DNA of 64,000 nucleotides from an uncultured Alphaproteobacteria bacterium (GCA_944389095.1 CALXLC010000033.1:69646-133645), one strand, 5' to 3'; counted from the stretch's first letter, positions 27,067 to 36,672 are shown. Made by a program: numbers and translations. Notes: generated by a model from the letters alone, not told the origin.

Positions 27067-27579
27067 ATGATACAGGATGTTTATACCAGAGATGAGGAAA
27101 AATATCTGAAAGTCGGCCTTTGGGTGGCTTTGGCGATAGTTCTTGTCGTTTTCTTTTTTATAACGGCCCGGAAAAGCGTTTCTCATGTTGACGGAGGCAG
27201 TTATTATCCTTTGAACGCCCGTTTTAACCGTACCGACGGCCTGTTGGTCGGCGATGTTGTCAGACTGGCCGGCGTTGATGTCGGAAAAGTCGTTGACGCG
27301 CAGCTGGATAAGGATTTTAAAGCTATTTTGACGTTGGAAATCAAAGACGGCATTGAACTGCCCGACGACAGCAGCGCGTCCATTGTCAGTTCCGGTCTGA
27401 TGGGTCCGAAATATATTGAGATTGAACCCGGCGGCTCAATGGATATGCTGCCCAAAGGCGGCGAATTTGCCTACACTCAGGATGCCATGGTGCTTGAAGA
27501 ATTGCTGGATCGTATCGTCGGAATCGGCAAGGCCAACCGCAAAAAGAATATTCAGGTCATAAATGACCCCGCGCAATAA
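27067..27579 (+). CDS. mlaD: MlaD / MCE-domain protein, paralogue 1
   Basis: N-terminal TM helix then an MCE fold (GLLVGDVVRLAGVDVGKV...LPDDSSASIVSSGLMGPKYIEIEPG). ATG 27067 sits behind GGAG. The track uses GTG 27061. Confidence 0.85.
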   Translation: MIQDVYTRDEEKYLKVGLWVALAIVLVVFFFITARKSVSHVDGGSYYPLNARFNRTDGLLVGDVVRLAGVDVGKVVDAQLDKDFKAILTLEIKDGIELPDDSSASIVSSGLMGPKYIEIEPGGSMDMLPKGGEFAYTQDAMVLEELLDRIVGIGKANRKKNIQVINDPAQ

Positions 27580-27603
27580 ACGAGAAATATTAGGAGATTA
27601 TTG

Positions 27604-28068
27604 ATGAATAAAAGACCAGTTGAAACAATTATGGGTATTGTCGTTATCGCCGTAGCCGCTTTTTTTGCTTATTTTGCGTATAACGCTTCAGATTTGCAGG
27701 TTGTCAAAGGATATACCGTTACGGCCAGGTTCTTAAAAGTCGGCGGGCTGACGGTCGGTTCCGATGTTCGTATCAACGGCATTAAAGTCGGTACGGTCAT
27801 CGGACAGAATTTGGATCCGGTTGATTATACCGCCGATGTCAGAATGAGTATTTCTTCTGATATTAAATTGCCCAAAGACAGCGTCGTTTCCATTGTCGGA
27901 GACGGTCTGGTCGGTGATAAATTTATTAAAATCGAGCCGGGGCACGCCAAAGAACTTCTGGCTGACGGCGATACAATGCCGAATACCAAAGATTTTAAAA
28001 CTCTGGAAGACATGGTTGGCGAAATTATCTTTATGGTGACGGATGATGGCTCAAATGAAAATAAATAG
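27604..28068 (+). CDS. mlaD: MlaD / MCE-domain protein, paralogue 2
   Basis: Same architecture (GLTVGSDVRINGIKVGTV...LPKDSVVSIVGDGLVGDKFIKIEPG). ATG sits 6 nt after AGGAGA. Confidence 0.85.
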   Translation: MNKRPVETIMGIVVIAVAAFFAYFAYNASDLQVVKGYTVTARFLKVGGLTVGSDVRINGIKVGTVIGQNLDPVDYTADVRMSISSDIKLPKDSVVSIVGDGLVGDKFIKIEPGHAKELLADGDTMPNTKDFKTLEDMVGEIIFMVTDDGSNENK

Positions 28069-29041
28069 TTTGGCGGTAACGACGGCGCTGTGCACATTGC
28101 TGGCGCCTCTTCCGGCTCTGTCTGCCAATGTTGAATTTAATACCGCGCATATGCAGGCTATGGACAAGATTACGGGAAAAGTCAGCGAGATAGACGTTCC
28201 CGTTAACGGTGAAGTCAAATTCGGAAGTTTTTCAATCGTTGTTCGTTCCTGTTCGGCGACTCCGCCTGAGGAAACTCCCGAAAATTTTGCGTTTGTCGAT
28301 GTGGTCGACGTTTATGACCAAAAAAATCCGGTGAATGTTTTCCGGGGCTGGATGATGTCTTCGTCTCCGGCGCTGAATGCCATTGAACATCCTATTTATG
28401 ACGTCTGGCTGCTGAAATGTCAGAACAGTGACTTGAAAAATGCCAAAATTCTGACGCCGGAAGAGTTAAAACTCAGAGAGGAATTGCCGATTTCAAAAGC
28501 TGATGCTTCAAAGACGGGGCCGGAGATAAAACCGGTTGCGCCGGCGGCTGAACCCCCTGCCGATGTTGTCGAAACGACTTCAGAAGTCCCTGCCGCACAG
28601 CTCGAAAAAAACGATTCAAAGCAAGGAACAAAAGATGCTCCCGTTTCCAAAGCCGACCTTCAGGCCTCGGTGGAAAATCCTGTTGTCGATGAAGCGGTTG
28701 TTTTGGAGGAAGGCGCGCCCAAATCGTTGTTAAATATTGGTGCCGAGCCTCCGTCTTCTCAACCTGTTGACACAGCGGATAATCTTCCGGAGGCAGAAAC
28801 GACCGCTCCTGCCGAAGAAGAATTAACTGTTGATGAAGAAATTCCGGTTGTTCCGTCTGCCGATGAGCTTCTGTCACAGACAAATACCGGTTCCGAAGAA
28901 GATAGCTTGCCGTCTCAGGGCGAAGGCGACGAAACGCTGATTCCCGATGCAAACGGAGCTTCCGCGGACGGACAACTTATTATGCTGGATGATGCTATGG
29001 AAGACGGGTTTGAAATAAATGCCGATGCCTTGGTTGATTAG
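28055..29041 (+). CDS. DUF2155-domain periplasmic protein with long acidic/Pro-rich C-terminal extension
   Basis: Signal peptide MKINSLAVTTALCTLLAPLPALSA. The core MQAMDKITGKVSEIDVPVNGEVKFGSFSIVVRSCSATPPEETPENFAFVDV resembles DUF2155. The start overlaps the mlaD2 end. Confidence 0.7.
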   Translation: MKINSLAVTTALCTLLAPLPALSANVEFNTAHMQAMDKITGKVSEIDVPVNGEVKFGSFSIVVRSCSATPPEETPENFAFVDVVDVYDQKNPVNVFRGWMMSSSPALNAIEHPIYDVWLLKCQNSDLKNAKILTPEELKLREELPISKADASKTGPEIKPVAPAAEPPADVVETTSEVPAAQLEKNDSKQGTKDAPVSKADLQASVENPVVDEAVVLEEGAPKSLLNIGAEPPSSQPVDTADNLPEAETTAPAEEELTVDEEIPVVPSADELLSQTNTGSEEDSLPSQGEGDETLIPDANGASADGQLIMLDDAMEDGFEINADALVD

Positions 29042-29058
29042 CGTTTTCCTCATTTGTC

Positions 29059-29095
29059 AAAAAAATCCTCTGCTCAATGCAGAGGATTTTTTTTG
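29059..29095. terminator. bidirectional terminator
   Basis: aaaaatcctctgc (29061-29073) / gcagaggattttt (29079-29091), with A- and T-runs on the outer sides. Confidence 0.85.
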
Positions 29096-29109
29096 AGTTG
29101 ATGATTGTT

Positions 29110-30546
29110 TCAGGGCCGCCAGAAACTCTTTGTGAATATGACAAGAATGGTCATAATTTCCAAACGCCCCAAAATCATTGTGAAAGCCAAAACGTATTTT
29201 ACAAAATCAGACAGCGGCGCATATGTTCCGGACGGCCCGATAATTTTGCCGATACCGGGGCCTGAATTGGTAATGCAGGCAACAACCGCGCTAAACGAGG
29301 TGACAAAGTCGACGCCGCTCAGCGCAACGACAGCCGTTAATATAATTATGCTCAATATGTAAACCGCAAAGAAAATCAAAATAGAATGGCCGACGGCCGA
29401 GCTTAATACGCTGGAGCCGATTTTAAGCGGCACTACCCGGCTGGGTTCCGTTGTCAGAATGAAGGCTCGTTTGAGTTGGGCAAATAAAACCTGCCAACGA
29501 TAGATTTTTATGGAACCGGAGGTCGAGCCCGTACAGCCGCCTGTCAGCGCGAAAATTATAAAAGCCGTTGCCGCAAAGTTTCCCCATTGCAGATAATCGG
29601 TTGAAACAAAACCGGTTGAGGTAACTATTGACGTGACGTTGAATGCCGCATAGCGCAACGCATCTGAAAAAGAATAAACATTTTGGCTGACCAGCCATAT
29701 TGTCATGAACAAAATATAGAAGGCAAGAATTTTGGCGAAGCCTTTTACCTGCTCAAACCGCAAAGAATGCATGTTGCGCGTCGCCCAAAAACTGTGATAG
29801 AACGTTAACGGAATTGAACCTAAAAACATAAATAACGTAACAATCCAATCAATTGACGCATTGTTAAAATATCCGATAGAGGCATTTTTAGTAGACAATC
29901 CGCCGGTAGCAACAGTTGCCATAGCGTGAGCAACGGCATCAAACCAATTCATTCCGGCAGTTTTTAGAGAAAGTGCACATGAAACAACCAACACGCAATA
30001 GACAATAATAATGCGTTTTGCAATGTAACTGATTTTAGGCATGAACTTTTCGTTGACGTCGGAATTTTCCCGCTGAAAAATCTGCATACCGCCAATTCCC
30101 AGAAACGGCAGCATGGCAATTGCAAAAATAACAATACCGATACCGCCCAGACAGGTGAGAATGGCCCGCCATAACAAAATTGAGCGCGGCAGCCGTTCAA
30201 CATCGGCAAAGATGGTCGCGCCGGTGGTGGAAATTCCGGAAGCGGTCTCAAACAAGGCATCGGCCGCCGGTGTTCCGTAAAATATAAAGGGAACGGCCCC
30301 AAGAAACGTTACCGAAACCCAGCTCAGCACAGTTAAAAGATATCCTTGGCGAAGACTTATATTTCTTATTTTTGCATTATTGGACAAGAACAAGGATAAG
30401 CCGATAAATACCGCGACAATTGATGAGGTGATGAAATAAGACCAATTTGTTCCCGTATCGTAGATATCCAGTACCGCCGGAATCAGCATTGCCAGTCCCA
30501 AGACGCTGATAAAATATCCGCTTATCATCAGAACCGGCTGCCACAT
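29110..30546 (-). CDS. trkH: potassium uptake protein TrkH
   Basis: 478-aa polytopic protein with repeated TrkH/KtrB-like pore loops (SGISTTGAT, ATGGLST, TSTGF, GCTGSTSGSIK). Confidence 0.88.
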   Translation of the reverse strand: MWQPVLMISGYFISVLGLAMLIPAVLDIYDTGTNWSYFITSSIVAVFIGLSLFLSNNAKIRNISLRQGYLLTVLSWVSVTFLGAVPFIFYGTPAADALFETASGISTTGATIFADVERLPRSILLWRAILTCLGGIGIVIFAIAMLPFLGIGGMQIFQRENSDVNEKFMPKISYIAKRIIIVYCVLVVSCALSLKTAGMNWFDAVAHAMATVATGGLSTKNASIGYFNNASIDWIVTLFMFLGSIPLTFYHSFWATRNMHSLRFEQVKGFAKILAFYILFMTIWLVSQNVYSFSDALRYAAFNVTSIVTSTGFVSTDYLQWGNFAATAFIIFALTGGCTGSTSGSIKIYRWQVLFAQLKRAFILTTEPSRVVPLKIGSSVLSSAVGHSILIFFAVYILSIIILTAVVALSGVDFVTSFSAVVACITNSGPGIGKIIGPSGTYAPLSDFVKYVLAFTMILGRLEIMTILVIFTKSFWRP

Positions 30547-30578
30547 TGTTTCCTCCGCGATAAAAACCTTGTTTTATT

Positions 30579-31409
30579 TTAATCCAAGGCTACATTTTGA
30601 GAGTAGCCGTTGTCGACAAGAGCTCTGTTAATGTTCAGTTTTCCGATATAGCAGATTGCCGTGGCAATCCCCTGATATGTATAAGCTTCTATGGCACATT
30701 CAACCGTATGGCCGTTGACAGTTCGCTCTAAAAAAGTTTTGGCATCAAATCCTCTGGCTGTATCAGGGTTGACATAGATGCCGTAAAGAAAAATGCTTTC
30801 ATTGTTAAGCGTGATTTCATTAGCATTAACAACGGTTACGTTTCCTTTAACAATTTTCGGCGTTTCCAAATATACCAGAGGCAGCTTCTTTTTTTCTGTC
30901 GGCGTTTCCGGTTTTGCCTTTGCCGGTGATGCCTTTATGCGCCGGGGAGCCGAGGCTGCCATGACGCCGGGCGTACGGACAACATTTTCCTGTTTCAGGA
31001 TATCAATGGTTTCAATCTCTCCGGAAGCCTTTTCAAACGATTTACGCCGCACTTCCTTGACCGGCATGTCAACCACCTGCGAAGCCGAACCGCCTCGGCC
31101 GGCCGTAGAGGTCACTTTGACGGACGGCAGTTCGATTTTGGGCAATTCAGGCAGTATTTCTTTGGTCTTGTCGGCCACCATTGTTTTGACTTCGGAGGAA
31201 GATGTTTTGATTTTGTTCCAATACCACAAATGGACTTCCGCCGGTTTCACCCCGGCAAAAGTCGGCGCTAAAAACAAAATAAGCAAAATGAGCAGGAACC
31301 ACCAGGGTTTACGCAGCGGCCACAGCAAAAGCATGGCCGTTTTGTGCATTATTTTTGCCCAGCCCCGGCTGGGGCCCAGATAATCATCGCTTTGGGTTCT
31401 TCTTACCAT
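30579..31409 (-). CDS. membrane-anchored protein with degenerate thermonuclease (SNase)-like C-terminal domain
   Basis: 276 aa with one TM helix. The C-terminus (GNVTVVNANEITLNNESIFLYGIYVNPD...INRALVDNGYS) aligns by eye to the SNase fold, but the DGDT and GIDAPE positions are not conserved. Confidence 0.5.
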   Translation of the reverse strand: MVRRTQSDDYLGPSRGWAKIMHKTAMLLLWPLRKPWWFLLILLILFLAPTFAGVKPAEVHLWYWNKIKTSSSEVKTMVADKTKEILPELPKIELPSVKVTSTAGRGGSASQVVDMPVKEVRRKSFEKASGEIETIDILKQENVVRTPGVMAASAPRRIKASPAKAKPETPTEKKKLPLVYLETPKIVKGNVTVVNANEITLNNESIFLYGIYVNPDTARGFDAKTFLERTVNGHTVECAIEAYTYQGIATAICYIGKLNINRALVDNGYSQNVALD

Positions 31410-33107
31410 TTATTTGCCACTTCCGTATTTTTGTTTTAATTCTTCTACTTTCTCGGGCGTAATCCGCTCAAACAGGGCTTCTCCCACCGTAAAGGGCTGT
31501 CCGGGTCTGACGGCTTCAATTTCTCCGGCGACATTAAAATCTTTCAAAGACGGCATGTCTGACATCTTTAACCCCAAACGGGCCAGCATGCTTTCGGCAG
31601 TCGCCGGCATAATCGGCGCGCTGAGTATGGCAAAGATACGAATCAAGTTGATGCAGGTGCGCAAAATGACGGCAGCGCGTTTGGCATCCGTTTTGATAAC
31701 GGTCCAGGGTTCGGCCGCGGAGATATAATTGTTGCCTTCTACCCAAATGCCGCGCAATTCGTTCGTGGCTTTGCGGAACTCCATCTCATTCATGTATTTG
31801 AGATAATCGTTGACCTTGGTTTGTAATGAAGCAACCAATTCTTGCTCCATGGCAGCAGGTTCACCGCCGGCAGGAACTTCAGCGCCGATTTTTGATGACG
31901 TCATTTTCAAAACGCGGCTGACAAAATTGCCGAGAACACCGTTTAAGTCTTTGTTGACAACAGAGGCAAACAAATCAAAGCCAAAAGCGGAATCCGAACC
32001 TTCCGGCGCATTGGACATCAGCCAGTAACGCCAATAATCCGCTGGAAACTCTTTTACGGCATCTTCGGCAAAAACGCCGCGTTTTTCGGACTTGGAAAAT
32101 TTTCCGCCTTCATAGGTCAAAAAACTCATTCCCTTCAGGTAATCGACAAAAGTCCAGTCTTCACCGGTACCGAGCAACGTTGCCGGAAATGTGATTGCAT
32201 GAAACGGCACATTGTCTTTGCCCATAAATTCGACATACCGAACGTCTTTGGCACCGAGCCACCATGCTTTCCAATCCCGTTCGGACGGTTTTTCATCCGA
32301 CCATTGTTTGGTGATGCCGATGTAACCTATCGGCGCATCAAACCAGACATAAAAGACTTTATCTTCATACCCCGGTTTATTGACGGAAAATCCCCATTTG
32401 AGGTCGCGGGTAATACAACGCTCCTGCAGGCCTTCTTTCAGCCATTTCTGGGCAATGGAATAGGCAACATCAGGCCAGAAGGGTTCTTTGCCCCTCACCC
32501 ATTCCGACAATCTTTTTTCAAGTTTCGGCAGGTTCAGAAAAAGGTGTCTGGTTTCCCTCACCTCAAGATTGGACGAGCCCGAGATGGTGGAACGCGGATT
32601 TATCAATTCCGTGGGATCCAGAACTCTGGTGCAGTTTTCGCACTGGTCACCGCGGGCTTTGTCATAGCCGCAGTGCGGGCAAGTGCCGGTTACATACCGG
32701 TCGGGCAAAAAACGATTATCATCAATTGAAAATATTTGTTTGATACTTTTTTCTTCTATATAACCGTTTTTGTCCAAAAGTTCAAAAATATGATGTGTCA
32801 ATTCCTCGTTTTGAGGGCTGCTGGTTCGTCCGAAAAAGTCAAATGACAAATTAAATGCCTGATAGGCCTCTTTATGGCGGTTGTGGTATTTGGTGCAGTA
32901 TTCGCCGATATCCATTCCCTCTTTGGCAGCCCCGACTTCGGACGGCGTTCCGTGTTCGTCCGTTCCGCAAATATAAAGGACTTCATTGCCCAACATTCGA
33001 TTATACCGCGCGTATACGTCAGACGGCAGCAAACAACCGACCAGATGTCCGAGATGAGGTACGCCGTTTACATACGGCAGGGCGGAAGTAATCAGAATTT
33101 TAGACAT
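31410..33107 (-). CDS. metG: methionine--tRNA ligase
   Basis: 565 aa. HLGH motif (PHLGHL), KFSKS, zinc knuckle CPHCGYDKARGDQCENC. Confidence 0.95.
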   Translation of the reverse strand: MSKILITSALPYVNGVPHLGHLVGCLLPSDVYARYNRMLGNEVLYICGTDEHGTPSEVGAAKEGMDIGEYCTKYHNRHKEAYQAFNLSFDFFGRTSSPQNEELTHHIFELLDKNGYIEEKSIKQIFSIDDNRFLPDRYVTGTCPHCGYDKARGDQCENCTRVLDPTELINPRSTISGSSNLEVRETRHLFLNLPKLEKRLSEWVRGKEPFWPDVAYSIAQKWLKEGLQERCITRDLKWGFSVNKPGYEDKVFYVWFDAPIGYIGITKQWSDEKPSERDWKAWWLGAKDVRYVEFMGKDNVPFHAITFPATLLGTGEDWTFVDYLKGMSFLTYEGGKFSKSEKRGVFAEDAVKEFPADYWRYWLMSNAPEGSDSAFGFDLFASVVNKDLNGVLGNFVSRVLKMTSSKIGAEVPAGGEPAAMEQELVASLQTKVNDYLKYMNEMEFRKATNELRGIWVEGNNYISAAEPWTVIKTDAKRAAVILRTCINLIRIFAILSAPIMPATAESMLARLGLKMSDMPSLKDFNVAGEIEAVRPGQPFTVGEALFERITPEKVEELKQKYGSGK

Positions 33108-33237
33108 TAAAGTTTCTCCGTTTTTTTATTTTTCTTATTTGACGGGGCAAGTTTACTACAATCCTGAAAATTCTCAAGCAGAAAAACATCTTTTTCGCAC
33201 AGTCTTGTTTTTTGACAAAATTTATTTATTTTGGCTA

Positions 33238-33266
33238 TTGATTTTTGTATGATTATGTGGTATGCT
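33238..33266 (+). promoter_or_regulatory. putative extended -10 sigma-70 promoter for the 381-aa orphan
   Basis: TTGATT (33238-33243), 17-nt spacer ending in TGG, TATGCT (33261-33266). Confidence 0.4.
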
Positions 33267-33348
33267 CGTTTCATTGTAAAAATATTATTAATTTACTTTA
33301 TTATTAACCAGAACATCATTTGGATGATGTTCATAAAATAAAAAAATT

Positions 33349-34494
33349 ATGGAAAATTTAGAGAAAAAAGTAAGAGAACTGCTGGTTCAGAACAACTGGT
33401 CTTGTAATGCAGCCGGAAGAAAATTTGTTGCCGACAGAGTAGAACTCCCAAAACCGCATTGTCAAAGCATCCGGTGGATGGCGGTTTTGAACGCTGCCGA
33501 AGAAGTGGGCGGCTGCAAGCCCGGTGAAACTTATGCTTACATAGACGCCCGCGGAGAAAAAGCCGTTGCCTGCGTTTATGGATTGTATGACATTCCGGGA
33601 GACTTGACCAACCCGTTTATTGTTTGTTTTTCGGGTATGATGACGGCTCACCTCTACACAATGGAAGCTGTCCGTTTTTATGCCCAAAAGCACAAATCCC
33701 TGCTACCGCTTTTCTGTACCGGAAAAGAAGGCAACAAAGGACTTTTTAAAGAGGTTTTTGACAGAACAAACGGTTTGATGGTTCAGACCGAAGCAGAGGC
33801 TTACATGCGGCCGTTGTCCGTGCTGGCTCCCGAAAAATGGGTTCGCCGATATGAACGTGCCGTAGCCGATACCGATACTCACGGGAATTTTGACGAGATG
33901 TATGCTCTCGCAAAATCTTTAGGACTTAAGGAAGCAACATTTCTGTTGTGTTCGGGAAATTTCTCTTATGACAAGCGCCTGCTTGCGGAAGGCATGCTTC
34001 AGTTGAGGGACAAAAAATACGCTGACGTAAAAATCAATCTGGCGATTATCCATTGTCCTCTGTGGGTCGGTTTTTCCGTTCCCGAAGGCCATATCAGCGA
34101 TTTGCTGCTCGGTTATGTTGCCGCGTCGCTCGGGCCGTTGATGAAGGATACCGCACCGTTAACGCTTTCTCCGGAAGCTCCTAAAGCAGAACGCTATCTT
34201 TTGCCGGGCGTTGCCGAAGCTGACTGGGCGGTCTTTGAGGAACTTATAACCCATTATTCAAACATGGGCTGGCCAAATTATCAGGAGATATTGTATGGTG
34301 TCAATCATGAAGATGCCGTTACCAATATCATTATGTCTGATTTGTACGCCAGAGCTTCCTTCACTCCCGAGGGGTATGACCATGCTCTTTGGGATGACCT
34401 TGAGGCTTATCAGGAGCTTATCGGCAAATATCAGAAAGGTCAGGATTTTCTTGATTTTCTGATTAATACGCCGGATGAAAGATTCTTTTATTAA
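33349..34494 (+). CDS. hypothetical protein (381 aa), possibly with a distant YdcF/DUF218-like Rossmann core
   Basis: Clean ORF with its own promoter and terminator. The only hint is a by-eye resemblance: IVCFSG...LFCTGKEGNKG...DTDTHGNFDEM...LLCSGNFSYDKR. Confidence 0.5.
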   Translation: MENLEKKVRELLVQNNWSCNAAGRKFVADRVELPKPHCQSIRWMAVLNAAEEVGGCKPGETYAYIDARGEKAVACVYGLYDIPGDLTNPFIVCFSGMMTAHLYTMEAVRFYAQKHKSLLPLFCTGKEGNKGLFKEVFDRTNGLMVQTEAEAYMRPLSVLAPEKWVRRYERAVADTDTHGNFDEMYALAKSLGLKEATFLLCSGNFSYDKRLLAEGMLQLRDKKYADVKINLAIIHCPLWVGFSVPEGHISDLLLGYVAASLGPLMKDTAPLTLSPEAPKAERYLLPGVAEADWAVFEELITHYSNMGWPNYQEILYGVNHEDAVTNIIMSDLYARASFTPEGYDHALWDDLEAYQELIGKYQKGQDFLDFLINTPDERFFY

Positions 34495-34503
34495 TTAACC
34501 GCG

Positions 34504-34540
34504 AAACGGCTGCTCTCTTTACAAGAGCAGCCGTTTTTGT
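34504..34540. terminator. bidirectional terminator
   Basis: Perfect 13-bp stem aaacggctgctct (34504-34516) / agagcagccgttt (34524-34536), then a T-run. Confidence 0.85.
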
Positions 34541-34551
34541 TTGTCTATGTT

Positions 34552-35712
34552 TTATCGAATGGCGCCGGCGATAATTTCCGCCGCGTCTCCGGCATTCAGC
34601 TTAACCGGATCCAAATCATACAAAGCTCCCATGGCCTCAAACGAATTGGCTGCCAGCTTTTCGGCCTCGTCCGCTTTTATCCCCCATTCGGACAAACGCA
34701 AATCTTTTAACCCGACCGCCGCTATCAACTTTTTCAACGCTTTGATGAAATCTTCCGGTTCTTTTCCGGTTTCTCCCATGGCGCGGGCCATCTCCATATA
34801 ACGCATTTCGACTTTGGCGCGGTCTTTTTTCAACAAATGGCTGAAATACGGAACAGACAAAGCCACTAATCCGGCACCGTGCGGCAAATCCGGATAAAAG
34901 GCCGAGAGCGCATGCTCCATCGAATGTTCGGAGATGCAACTGGATGTACTTTCAATCATGCCGGCTGCCGTGCTGGCCCAGGCAACCTGCTCTCTTGCCT
35001 GCAGATTTGATCCGTCTTCGACCGCCTCTGGCAGATAGCGCGACAGTTGGCGCATGGCTTCCAAAGCCAGCATGTCACTTATCGGCTGGGCAATGCAGGC
35101 CAGATAACCTTCCGCGGCGTGGAAAAATGCGTCCATTCCCTGATAAGCCGTCAGCTTTTGCGGCACGCTTACCATCAGTTCGGGATCGACGACTGCCAGC
35201 AGCGGAAATGTTTCGGGAACGCCAAACCCTATTTTTTCATTGGTTTCCGTATTGGTGATAACCGTCCAGGGATCGGCTTCGGTTCCGGTTCCTGCCGTTG
35301 TCGGAATCGCAACAACGGGCAGGACGTCTTCGGTGATTTCTTTGCGGCCTTTGACATAGTCCCAATAAGTTCCGGGATTTTTAACCATAACGGCAATTGA
35401 TTTTGCCGTGTCTATCGCACTGCCGCCGCCCAGACCGATAATAAAGTCGCAATTGGCATTGCGGGCCTGTTCGGCAGCCTCCATAACATGTTTTTCTATC
35501 GGGTTGGGCAAGACTTTGTCAAAAACTTCACATTCCACACCCTGCTCTTCCAAAAGTTTAACGACGCGATCCAAATATCCGAGATTGCGCATGGAGTGAC
35601 CATTAGTAATGACAATCAACGCCTTTTTGCCGGGCATGGCAATGTCGGCCAATTCCTTCAGACGGCCGCGGCCGAAGATAATCTGCGTGGGAATATAAAA
35701 ATCAAAATGCAT
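34552..35712 (-). CDS. iron-containing (group III) alcohol dehydrogenase
   Basis: 386 aa. GLGGGSAIDTAK, and metal His residues in HAAEGYL and HSMEHALS. Confidence 0.88.
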   Translation of the reverse strand: MHFDFYIPTQIIFGRGRLKELADIAMPGKKALIVITNGHSMRNLGYLDRVVKLLEEQGVECEVFDKVLPNPIEKHVMEAAEQARNANCDFIIGLGGGSAIDTAKSIAVMVKNPGTYWDYVKGRKEITEDVLPVVAIPTTAGTGTEADPWTVITNTETNEKIGFGVPETFPLLAVVDPELMVSVPQKLTAYQGMDAFFHAAEGYLACIAQPISDMLALEAMRQLSRYLPEAVEDGSNLQAREQVAWASTAAGMIESTSSCISEHSMEHALSAFYPDLPHGAGLVALSVPYFSHLLKKDRAKVEMRYMEMARAMGETGKEPEDFIKALKKLIAAVGLKDLRLSEWGIKADEAEKLAANSFEAMGALYDLDPVKLNAGDAAEIIAGAIR

Positions 35713-35725
35713 TCTGTTTCCTCCC

Positions 35726-35763
35726 TAAAAATAAGCACCCTTTCGGTTTATTATATAGGGTGC
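35726..35763 (-). terminator. possible terminator after the DHH gene
   Basis: gcaccct (35735-35741) / agggtgc (35757-35763) with a 15-nt loop. TTATTTTTAG follows on the minus strand. Confidence 0.4.
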
Positions 35764-35786
35764 CTGTTTCCGCGCTTCAAGCAAGA

Positions 35787-36653
35787 TTATTTATTTCGTT
35801 CGTGTCCGTTTTTCAAAAATTCGGGCAATTCTTTCAGACGGGACGCTCCCGCCGCACGAACATGACCGCCGCCGCCGAAGCTTGCCGCTATTTTGGAAAC
35901 ATCGATGCCGTCTTTGGAGGTATAAAAAGACAAATTCCAGCTGTTGCGCCGGTTCATGAAAAAATTGCACATAAAATCGTATTCATGGACATTGGGCAGA
36001 GAGTCGTAAAATTCGGAATATCCCTGCGGCATGTTGGCGCAAATGCATTTAAGACCGTTATATTTGCTTTCAAAAGACATGCTGCGCACCAAACGCATGT
36101 TGCGAACTTTAATCCATGACAAAATGGCCTTTCCGGTTTCGACCATTTCATCAATATTAATCCGGTTATTTAATAAATCGTCCCAAATCTTATCGCCCGG
36201 ACGATTAACCCCGATTGACTGCACCGCATATTCAAACGGCCGGACCCGGGGATCCCGCAAGTCGAAAATATCATTCAGTCCCAAAAGTTTCAGGCCTTCC
36301 GGAAGTTCTTTGTCCGGGTAAAAATATTCCCAGGTCAGGCAGCAGGCCGCCGTCCCGATCCGGCGCAAGCCTTTAATTTCAGCGCCGCCATTTGCAAGAT
36401 GTTCGTTATATTCATTGATAACGGAGGCATGATGGTCTATCCAGATAAAATCCGTCGTCCGGCTGAGCTCCAGCATAAATTCCAACGGCAGAGCTATGTC
36501 GCAGACAACGATTTTGTCATGTTTGCGGATTTCGTCATAAGGTATTTCCATATCGTGATTCAGCCCGAGAAATTCCGTTTCGGGATAAACACTCCTGACA
36601 ACGGCGGCCGATCCTTTGCCGTCATGGTCGGCGATATGGTAAATACATAACAT
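35787..36653 (-). CDS. DHH/DHHA1-family phosphoesterase
   Basis: 288 aa. Motifs ADHDGKGS, VVCD, WIDHHAS and GGGGHVRAAGA. Confidence 0.8.
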   Translation of the reverse strand: MLCIYHIADHDGKGSAAVVRSVYPETEFLGLNHDMEIPYDEIRKHDKIVVCDIALPLEFMLELSRTTDFIWIDHHASVINEYNEHLANGGAEIKGLRRIGTAACCLTWEYFYPDKELPEGLKLLGLNDIFDLRDPRVRPFEYAVQSIGVNRPGDKIWDDLLNNRINIDEMVETGKAILSWIKVRNMRLVRSMSFESKYNGLKCICANMPQGYSEFYDSLPNVHEYDFMCNFFMNRRNSWNLSFYTSKDGIDVSKIAASFGGGGHVRAAGASRLKELPEFLKNGHERNK

Positions 36654-36672
36654 ATTATAGTCCTTTCTTGCT

